Assembly (NCBI RefSeq): GCF_963676685.1 | Contig: NC_092354.1 | Span: forward strand, 77,500,001-77,564,000 | Reading direction: 5' to 3' | Source of the DNA: Mytilus edulis | Taxonomy: Eukaryota | DNA: 64,000 nt | Part shown: positions 54,576 to 64,000 of the stretch, one piece after another | How the letters are laid out: each line of letters opens with the position of its first letter | Numbering within the stretch: position 1 is the first letter of the stretch | Translations under genes and position numbers: made by a program | The notes under the pieces: generated by a model | What the model saw: only the letters and a program-made list of their open reading frames with translations | What the model was told of the DNA's origin: nothing | Databases searched by the model: none

Positions 54576-56286
54576 GATATAAATGAACAAACGGATATTT
54601 TAAGATACCGTCAATGTCAATTTAAGACTAATGAACACACGGCGGGCAACTTATTAACAAACACAGATTTGGAGTAAATGTAAATGACAAAAATAACTTG
54701 ATATGAAAAATCGAAGAATTGGAGTATTCACCAATGAAACAACAATTCTATGAACAAAAGAAGATCTGGAAAAATCGTCAACGACGCGGCTATCTTATGA
54801 ACAAACACAGATTTGGAGAACACGTCAATGACACGGATATCTTATGAACAAACACAGATTTGAATAACTTGTCAATGACACGGCTATCTTATGAACACAC
54901 ACAGATTTGGAGGACTCGTCATTGACGCGGTTACCTTCTGAACAAACACAGATTTGGAGAACTTGTCAATGATAATTATGGCTATCTTATGTACAAACAA
55001 AAGATTTGGAGAGCTCGTCAATGACACGGCTATCTCACGAACATACTTTAAGATTTTGGATTACTCGTCATTCACGCAGAAATCATATGAATACATAGAG
55101 ATTTGGAGTAATCGTCAATGCCACATTTATCTTATGAACTAACGGGGATTAAGATTATTACTACTGACAGCTATCTTATGTTCACACAGATCATATGCAA
55201 CTATTCCAGTCATAATTAGGTTCGATAACTCTGTATGTGACTGGTTTAATAATGGTTATGTAAAATGTACTGGTTACCCAAGTAATAATTTCAAAAAATA
55301 TATATATAGATATTGCATCTTTGTTTCAACCCATCCGTGGTTTCCTTTCCTTGATATAAAATATTATCATAAAATGATTTCATAAACAATCGTATAATAC
55401 TAATATATATATTAAGTCGTGTCAAAATTTACATCGTGATTAGGTCAGGTTGCCATGTTTGTTTTGTTTGATCACGTTGATGACTTAATTAATATCTCCA
55501 CAATCTTGCTTTATCCTTAATTATCATACGAGTTACAATAACGTGTCATATTTAATTGCAATACAAACAGTTAAATCTTATTGAATTATTTGCATGTGTA
55601 AACTAAGTGTCGAACATCCTCTACGTTTGAAATTATTTGGTCGCCATTTTGTTATATGTAACTTCGAAATTTTATCAAAACAAATAGCATGTATCCACTT
55701 TCACAGAGGGAAATAGTGTTTAAATATATGCTGCATTAAGGTAAGACAATTATTGAAAAGACATGCATCTAACAATTTTACGATTTTCATCGTACAAATC
55801 TTCAAAAATATATATGTCCATGTTGCCCCACGCTATCAATGTTCTAAACTGCATGGTCGGTGCATGTAAATCTTTATTTTTAGTGTGAGAGACTGTTTCT
55901 AATAAATATATTGAAGAACATGTGAAAAAAGAAATTTCTTAAGTACAAAAAGACACACTTTGATAAATATTTGAAATATTACTTTTTGATTTATAACTAA
56001 ATGAATACCGGCATGTCGTGTCGTTATGAACCTTCAACAGTGTCCGCCATTTTGAAAATATTGCTGAAGACTGCCAAAATATGAACTTTTCAAACAAATT
56101 TCGAAGCAAAAAGTTTAATACCTGAACTGATATGGTTTGCCATTTACTTTAAATAAATATGTTGTCGATCTTTTTAGAGGTTGGAAGGATATAAGTAACA
56201 ATAAATTAATTGAGAAAATTGATTTTACAAAAAGGTCCCATTGCAATTTTGTCGAGTTTTAACGAAGATGTCAACGGAGGCTGTGT

Positions 56287-58201
56287 GAATTACATACTGA
56301 GGCTAAAGAGAATGGGAATCCACTAATTATTGCACTCACTGATGCTAAAAGTGCTTTCGATGTAGTTTGGCATGATGGTCTTCTTCGTGAAATGAATAAA
56401 GCTGGACTTTGTGGTGACAATTGGCTTCTCTTTAAGGACTGGTATAATGGGCTGAACTCTAATATTAAATGGCAAGGACAAACGTCAAGAACATTCCTGG
56501 AATCTCAAGGTGTCCGACAGGGTGGTGTCTGGTCCCCAACCGCTTATAAGATTTTCATAAACTCTCTTCTCACTACACTCGAAACCTATCGTTTAGGTTC
56601 TCATATTGGCTCAATCTACGTAGGAGTTCCGACAGTCGCAGATGATGTCACCTTAGTTTCAAACTGTCCATACGAAATACAGTCTATGTTAGATTTACAA
56701 ACTTTTCATGCTAATAAATTTCGTTATCTTATTAGTAGTCAAAAATCATGTGTATTAAACTATAGATGTGCTGACTCTTTCGACTGGTCTATTAACGGTG
56801 AAATTTTGGATACTCCGGAAAACGCAGTTCATCTCGGTATTAAACGTGATAAACTTTCCCGTTTAGGCACTAAAGAAGTTGTCCCTGGTCGCATTCAACT
56901 AGCCAGACAGACTGTCTACTCACTGATGGGTGCTGGACTTTATGGACTAAATGGAGTCAACCCTAAGGTTTCACTTCATCTTATCCGCTGCTACGTGATT
57001 CCCAGGCTTTTATATGGACTTGAGGTCATACTGCTTTCAAAAACAGACATTAGTAATATTACAATATATTTTGTGAAACTTTTAAAACGTATTCAACATT
57101 TACCGGACCGTACAGCAAATGCTGCAGTTCTACTATTAATTGGACAAATTCCTATTGAAGCAGAAATCCACAAAAGAATCCTTGGTATTTTTAGAAACAT
57201 TATTGATAATGATAACTCTGTCGAACGTGACTTAGCATTCCGTCAACTTGCAATGAAAACCGAGTCATCAAACAGCTGGTTTCGTAAAGTAGTTACAATT
57301 ACAGAATTATATGATCTGCCGTCACCTCATGATCTACTTGTCAACCCTCCTTCAAAGTCAAAATGGAAAAAACTGGTTAACTCCTTAGTAAACTACTACT
57401 GGATAACTAAACTAAAATCTGAAGCGTCAGAAAAATCATCTTTAAACCTTTTAAACTATACTGATGCTGAATTTGGAAGCATTCATTCTATTTGGAATAC
57501 TTGTGGATCTGAACCTTACTCTACCTTACGTGCCTGTATCAAATCTAAGTTAGCATGTAACACTTATACTCTACAATGTGATAAGTCTAAATTTAGTAAA
57601 CGACAAATTAGTGCAATCTGTCCGCTATGTGGAATTGAGGATGAGAATCGGTTACATTTTATCTTGAGATGCAGTAGTTTAGATAATGTGAGAAACAGTT
57701 TTATACAGAGTCTAAAAACTTTTATTAAAGATGTTGTAACTACTAAACTTTATGATGAACTATTTAGTTCCGAAATCAACACTTTACAGTTAATTATCGA
57801 CTGCAGTGTATTTCATTTTCTGTCCAGAGGCGATGTTTTTAAAGTGGAATGTATTACTAGAGGACTATGTTTTAAGTTACATCAGGTACGATCGAATTTA
57901 TTGAGGTAGTACTAATAAATCAATATCAAACAGCTTAATGAATAAGTGTGCAAATGTGACAATTGATAATTTGAAATGGAGCAACGAACTTTTTAGAGTC
58001 CAATGACTTGCGCTCCAGTTTCGGTCATGTATATATTCATGGGATGTATTCATTCTCGTGTGTAAATAGAGGTGGTGGTTAATGTGTATAAACAATCAAT
58101 ACTAGTGCATTGGATTAACTGATAATATATATACGTATGATATTCACACTGAAAAGTGGGTCGTCTGATATAGGCGGAACAGTACAGACTAAAGTAAAGT
58201 A
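56287..58201 (+). mobile_element. 5'-truncated non-LTR retrotransposon (clade uncertain)
   Basis: Open frame with DAKSAFD, GVRQGGVWSP, TVADDV, LYGLE and CPLC..EDENRLHFILRC; (TAAAG)n tail; imperfect TSD AGGCTGTGT / AGGCTATGT. Confidence 0.85.
56392..57909 (+). CDS. LINE ORF2 C-terminal half (RT plus CCHC knuckle), 505 aa
   Basis: Uninterrupted ORF with RT motifs QGG...SP and ADD and a C-terminal zinc knuckle. The N-terminus was lost by 5' truncation. Confidence 0.85.
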   Translation: MNKAGLCGDNWLLFKDWYNGLNSNIKWQGQTSRTFLESQGVRQGGVWSPTAYKIFINSLLTTLETYRLGSHIGSIYVGVPTVADDVTLVSNCPYEIQSMLDLQTFHANKFRYLISSQKSCVLNYRCADSFDWSINGEILDTPENAVHLGIKRDKLSRLGTKEVVPGRIQLARQTVYSLMGAGLYGLNGVNPKVSLHLIRCYVIPRLLYGLEVILLSKTDISNITIYFVKLLKRIQHLPDRTANAAVLLLIGQIPIEAEIHKRILGIFRNIIDNDNSVERDLAFRQLAMKTESSNSWFRKVVTITELYDLPSPHDLLVNPPSKSKWKKLVNSLVNYYWITKLKSEASEKSSLNLLNYTDAEFGSIHSIWNTCGSEPYSTLRACIKSKLACNTYTLQCDKSKFSKRQISAICPLCGIEDENRLHFILRCSSLDNVRNSFIQSLKTFIKDVVTTKLYDELFSSEINTLQLIIDCSVFHFLSRGDVFKVECITRGLCFKLHQVRSNLLR

Positions 58202-59159
58202 AGGCTATGTCACCTCAATTTTTAAACTTATTTCGAAGCACGAAATCATATTTCTGAACTGAAACTTAAAACATATTTAATTGTAAAAATTTATAAACTG
58301 TAAAACGCGGGGTTGGAAGGAAAAATATACTTTATAACAAAAAAGTTATGACCGTTTTATCTATGTACCCCGTTCACTTTCATTGATAATCTATCGGCCA
58401 TTAATGATATACAACAGAAGTGTAAAAGTCACGTGATGACGGAGATAGCTGGATATGTATAAACAGTAATCATAAGTGACACAGCGAGCTTACATGTATG
58501 AACAAAGTTAACGTAGATTTTGGAGTAAACGCTTATGACACAACGATTTTATGAAGAAACATAGATTGAAGTAATCGTCAATGACATTTCGATCATATGA
58601 ACCAATACAGATTGTAAGTATTCATCAATGACACAACAATCTGAGGAATAAATTGAGATTTGGAATACATGTAATTGTCAACTTTTGATCTAACGGAGAT
58701 TTCGAGATTATAACTGACATAGAGATCATGAAATTGGGAGTAATTATTACTGACACACCGATATCTTATGAACATTATTAAACGAAAATAGTGCTTTATA
58801 CGGTAACAGCAATGGATATACCTTGGAGCACTTGAGATCATCTCCGGGTTTTAGTGGGGCTTCGTGTTCCTCGGTCTTTAATTTTCTACGTGTTTTTTAA
58901 ACTTATGTCTTTTTGTTTGGTCGTTTTGTAAACATATCAGAATTTCGAGATCTCCTAACTTGCTATACGAAGAAACCTTGAATATTTACTACATCTTGCC
59001 TGACGAATTTGAAATGATAGCTTGTTACTTGTCATCTCGAAAACAAACTTTTTCAATAAGCCAATTAAAAAAAGATGATGTACAAAAAAAAGAAATATGA
59101 CCGAACATATCGATCAACGGTTAATTAGAGTAATTCTTCCAACTTTCTCCTAAATGTAC

Positions 59160-60212
59160 ATGTACGTGCTAGCTCGGAAGGCGTGTGGTCATGGCTTCGT
59201 TTACAGGCTCGGTAAAATTAATGCCACCAAAATCTACCAGTTCACGTGGGCATGGTGGTAGGAGTTGAAGTAGAGGCAGAGGGAGCAACGTAACGAATCC
59301 TGATCAAGCAGAGATGTCGGACCGACCAATCCAACCTAAATTACAACATATTGCTGGTCCATAAAGCTCAATGACGATATTTTAGTGAACGATAGCAGAG
59401 ATGGCATAGATGTATCAATATATATAGGAAGATGTGGTATGAGTGCCAATGAGACAACTCTCCATCCAAGTAATAATTTATAAAAGTAAACCATTATAGA
59501 CCAAGGTACGGCCTTCAACACGGAGCCTTGGCTCACATCAATCAGCACGTTATAAAGGACCCAAAATATTACTAGTGTTAAACCATTTATACTGGAAAAC
59601 CAACGGTCTAATCTATATAAAAACGAAAAGCATGGTTGAGCCGTTAGAGCAAATGAATAATTACATTAAAAAAAAAAATCTAGGAAGCTTTTTTTATATA
59701 TTTTATGTGAAATGACAATGAGAATGATGGTCGTAGTGTGAACGTAGTCAGGTCGTAAGAAGAGCGTGACGAGGACGGCAAGGGCGTGCTAGAATCGTAC
59801 TATGGTCGTGAACAGCTTGGTATAGTCGTAGTGGAAGCGTAGTTGGGTCGCAGTGAGAACGTGATGGTCGTAGTGAGGTCGTGATAACGTCGCTGTGCGA
59901 TCGTAGCGCAGTCTCTCCGAATAGAATCACGCTTTCGCTACGCTCTCGCTACGATTGTACAGCGACCGTAACGATCTTACTACGATCTCAGTGCGCTCTC
60001 ACTACGCTTCTACTACGACCTGATTTCTCCACGACCGCACCACGATTGTTTTGAACATGTTCAAAGTTGGCCACGCTCTTCACGATCTTGAAGACCTCAC
60101 CACGACCGTGATACGACCTTACTGCGATCTACACGATCGCACTACGATCATCAAAATTTGCATTTTTTTCACAGATCGTAGTGCGATCGTGGCCTAGTGG
60201 GACTAGAGTATT
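59160..60212. mobile_element. Fragment of a CpG-rich DNA transposon (PIF/Harbinger-like), interrupted by a SINE tail
   Basis: Remnant frame MPPKSTSSRGHGGRS*SRGRG; CGTAG/CTACG-rich subterminal region; end ...gatcgtggcctagtgggactagagta|tta. Confidence 0.4.
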
Positions 60213-60324
60213 AAAGTATGACAATATAATCAGATCGGAGAACCACAAAATAGCCCCTTTTATTTATAACAGATTTATTAGGTTTTTTTTCAAAACATCA
60301 TACACATTTCCGATTTAAGTTATA

Positions 60325-61898
60325 CTAGAACACACCCGCGAAATCGCGGGCATATACAGCTTGTGAACGGTTGTAGGATGATTTTTTGTAAAAGATATTA
60401 TGTATGGAAAATTTCATAAAAGGTATTATGAAAAGCTCTCTCCCTTTTTCCCTCTCCCTTTTTACAAAGTCCGATACTAGTATTTGTTTCTTTTCTGTTA
60501 AATTCAATTCGTGTGTCTGGCCTCAGAACACAATTATTCTTCTCCTTTGCTACAATGCTTCTTTTGGTAAAAGTCAAATCAATTTAAAAATTTGCACAAT
60601 TTCAAACATGAAATAAATGTAACTGCTTATATATAGACCATTATTAGTCTAATAAAATAAGCTTCTAGGACAATTCTATCAGTGCTTTTTCTTTTGAGAG
60701 CCTTATTTACTTGCCAATGGTAGGATATCAATCATGTATAACTGACTTAGACCGACGAAGACTTATTTGAGGGGTGATCGGAGGAGTCCTGATCCCGAAA
60801 TCCCAAAATCGAAAAATATATTCCCGGATCCCGTAAGGATCAACCCCCCAAATCCCGAGCTTAAAAACACCGCTCCCGACGCCTCGAAAAAGGTCCTGCC
60901 TGCCTCTAATCTCTACCTTACCTTCATTTTTGCCAAATCACTATTTTCCCTTTCAACAATATTTTTTTGCCCCATTTATGGGCATTATGTTTTCTAATCT
61001 GTGCATCCGTGCGTTCGTTCGTTCGTCCGTCCGTCCGTCCGTCCGTCCGTCTGTCCCGCTTCCGGTTAAAGTTTTTGGTCGAGGTAGTTTTAGATGAAGT
61101 TGAGCATGTTTTACTTATTTTGATATATATGCAAGTGGTATGACCCCTTAAATAGTAAACATTCAAAGAAAGCAGTAGAGAGAATACAGAGAGTCTCAAT
61201 ATATTAAAGTAGTATAATCGTAGTGTACATGTAGATAAACGCGAAAAATAATTGTCCTCTTTAAGGAGGTATAATAGTTGTGACTCTTGCGATCTAAACA
61301 CCATGATATGGAGAACGCTCTGAATGGCTTATTTATTTTTCATTTTTGTTATCCATCATACGATTGGTTGTACTTGTGTCACATGTTTTACTTTTTTTTA
61401 AATATATGCAGCTGGTATGACCCCTTAAATAGTAAACATTCAAAGAAAACAGTAGAAAGAATACAGCGAGTCTCTATATATTCAAGTAGTATAATCGTAG
61501 TTTACATGTAGATAGACGCGAAAAATTATTGTTCTCTATAAGGAGGTATAATAGTTGTGGTTCTTGCGATCTAAACACCATGATATGGAGAACGCTCTGA
61601 TTGGCTTATCTATTTTTCATTTTTGTTATCTATCATACCATTGGTTATATTGGTGCATGTTTCAACCCGGAAGTCTTATCTTTGACTAAAAGTATGTCCG
61701 ATGACGGAATCATATGCGGACTCCTTTTTTGTCGTTTTTCTCCCAAAATAACTCAATCTGAATAATCATAAGAATGGATGACAAATGCGACTATGCATGT
61801 TACCTATAGGACACAGAGGCATGATGATTGATTTACTGTGGAAGGAAGAGAAGCGACACACAAAATGAGGTTTTCTCGTTTAATAGTATAGAAGAAGA
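60325..61898 (-). mobile_element. Non-autonomous Helitron copy 2
   Basis: Minus strand TC(TTC)nTATACTATTAAACGAG ... CCCGCGATTTCGCGGG ... CTAG|T; colinear with copy 1 apart from the nested HINE and the internal inversion. Confidence 0.88.
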
Positions 61899-61905
61899 TA
61901 CGGAC

Positions 61906-62066
61906 ACTGATCTATAATACAAGTAATGCATTATGGGTAGAAATGACTGAACTATAATACAAGTAATGAATTATGGGTAGAAATGACTGATCTATAATAC
62001 AAGTAATGAGTTATGGGTAGAAATGACTGATCTATAATACAAGTAATGAATTATGAGTAGAAATGA
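61906..62066. repeat. 40-bp tandem repeat, 4 copies
   Basis: Unit ctgatctataatacaagtaatgaattatgggtagaaatga, abutting the Helitron 5' end. Confidence 0.92.
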
Positions 62067-64000
62067 TAGGAATACAAACATGTTCAGGGTAAATAGTTTG
62101 ATTTTTTTAAATATATGAATGCGAAATACAACTTTTGACGGTTATGAGTACGCATGTATATAATAATTATATACATATTTAACCATAAAAAAAAATTAAT
62201 AATAATAACATTCGCTTAAACATTATTCACAAAAAAAATGTCTTCATATCAATAACAGTGACACTTTTTATTCACTATAGACATAGTTGTTAATTTAAAA
62301 CAAGATTCAAGATTTGTAACTTTGACATATTATTAATTGTAGTAATATTTCATTAATTGCTTGTATATTGGTAAAACATATCTTAGTTTAAGATTAGGTT
62401 CAGTCATACTTTTCATAAACTTGACTTAAGTACACAAAATCTAGGGATAAACGTCTTTCGTATATAAAAGGAAACAGATAAAAATAAAAGATAGGAAATA
62501 TTTCGGTTAAATCAACAGGACTATTTGTGACGGAAGTATGGGAGGACTAGGATTGTTTGATTGGAGAATGATGCGTAATACCTTAATATCTAAAGCATGT
62601 ACACTAATGTGTAAAAGTTTGACGTAGATACTGGTCAGTCTGGTGTCGTCGTTTGATAAGGAGACACAACCATTTAATGTAATTCAAATTAATAAAGTTC
62701 ACGTCTGCCGACAACAGATAGTTAGAAAATTGTATAAGTAAAAGAAAGAGAAAAAAAAAGGTAAAATGATTATCACATTAATAAGAATTAGGTTAAAACA
62801 CTATGTTGGTTCCTGCTATCCCATTTTATCAGACTTCTTATGACTGCTGACGCTGTATATAAGTTCAACTGTACACGAGTGTCCCTATATAATCCCGGTA
62901 AACTTTTCTTTCACAAATTGTGACTTGGATGAATTATTACAGTTGTCTCATTGGCACTCATACCTAATCTTCTTACATCTAGTAACCCAACATTTCAAAT
63001 TCTGAGTCAGAAAAAGGATCTTTGAATACTTTTTTAATGGTACTAAGATTTAAGTATAAACTATCGTATACATATTTTTTGGATAGTGAAATGTATAAAA
63101 TGTAATATAATTTGTAACATAACGCATTACTTTGGTAAGGTAATAGTCCAAAATACATAAATTATTGTAATATAACATGCTGGTTTTTCCTAAGTAATTG
63201 TAATGTGAAGCATTACATAGCAATGCAATTTGCCCAATAACTGCCTAATGTGTGTTTGTATGGTGATATGTGATGGATTCCACCCCAAATCAAACAGTGG
63301 ATTGAATAAAATGAATGACGATAGAGTATTAAAACAACAAGTGTATGTGTTGGGTTACGCATGCAGAAGAGTTAATGAATCGGCATTTAGAGATAGAAAT
63401 AAGTTCCAAAAAAAATATACTTTCGCAACATAAATGAAACATTAATTGTAGAACTCCAAATAAGTTTTAATTTTTCATAGCAATCGACAGTTTAAACGCG
63501 GACCGTGAAGAGGACTTCAAAATAAACTGTTACAAAAAAATATATCCACATTATCGCTTGCTCGACATGGAAGTAGGAAACATGTAACATGAGACTTTAT
63601 TTGCAAAAGTGTATGCACGTTTACCTGTTACAAATGTATGTGTACAATATGTATAGCTAGCTGTGGTTGCAATATTAAAAATGTTATCGCGTGTTCTAAA
63701 GTAAAATGTTACGGTCGTATTAGCACATACTGATACACTGATAAGATCTGTCTCAGATCTGATGGATGCAGTTTAAATACATGAACATTATATTAGTAGT
63801 AGCACTTACAGATACATGTATAGGGTGCATTGTATGTCTCCGGTATATATGTACAGTGAAACACAAAAATAAAATTCTTAAATATAAATCCAAGGCGAGT
63901 TGATATTCCAAACAGTATTTGGAATTGATTCATCTTAAAAAAAATGTTTCATTGGTTCAAGAAGACGAACAAGAACAACGAACCATAATAGTTGTTAATT

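Larger units (their letters stand above)
54640..58780. repeat. ~46-bp degenerate satellite split by later insertions (blocks about 54640-55190 and 58480-58780)
   Basis: Unit tatcttatgaacaaacacagatttggagaactcgtcaatgacacggc; traces also at about 51640-51750. Confidence 0.75.

Noticed and set aside
62580-63720. Candidate first (signal-peptide) exon of the hexosaminidase at donor-like sites near 62581 and 63624
   Set aside because: Frames in the required phase contain stops or lack an ATG and hydrophobic core; they could only be UTR exons.

Overview
AT-rich, intron-containing, transposon-dense eukaryotic DNA. The repeat families resemble those of a bivalve, most likely a Mytilus mussel (inference from recognition, not a search). 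Three host genes can be reconstructed with GT-AG introns and consistent phases: the 3' part of a CIDE-N-domain gene (+, about 0.7-2.7 kb), a complete 7-exon HDHD2 gene (-, 5275-24435), and a bacterial-chitobiase-type GH20 beta-N-acetylhexosaminidase with a GPI-like tail (-, 40275-51297; first exon not found). Mobile DNA includes a very young Ty3/Gypsy element with apparently identical 823-bp LTRs, a 4-bp TSD and intact pol but no gag, inside HDHD2 intron 1. There is also a near-full-length RTE-X-like LINE, two LINE fragments, a DD34E Tc1 transposon, a 2.8-kb CAC-terminated TIR element with a 5-bp TSD (Transib/RAG-like signature), two inverted non-autonomous Helitrons, several Helentron-type (HINE) elements, Nin-domain SINEs, Penelope-like 3' fragments, several MITEs, a 350-nt retrozyme-like unit with a minimal hammerhead ribozyme, and several minisatellites. 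The most unusual signals are the gag-less Gypsy with three chromodomain-like C-terminal modules, recurrent degenerate tandem echoes of exon/intron junctions in both long genes, the CAC/5-bp-TSD element, and the hammerhead retrozyme.
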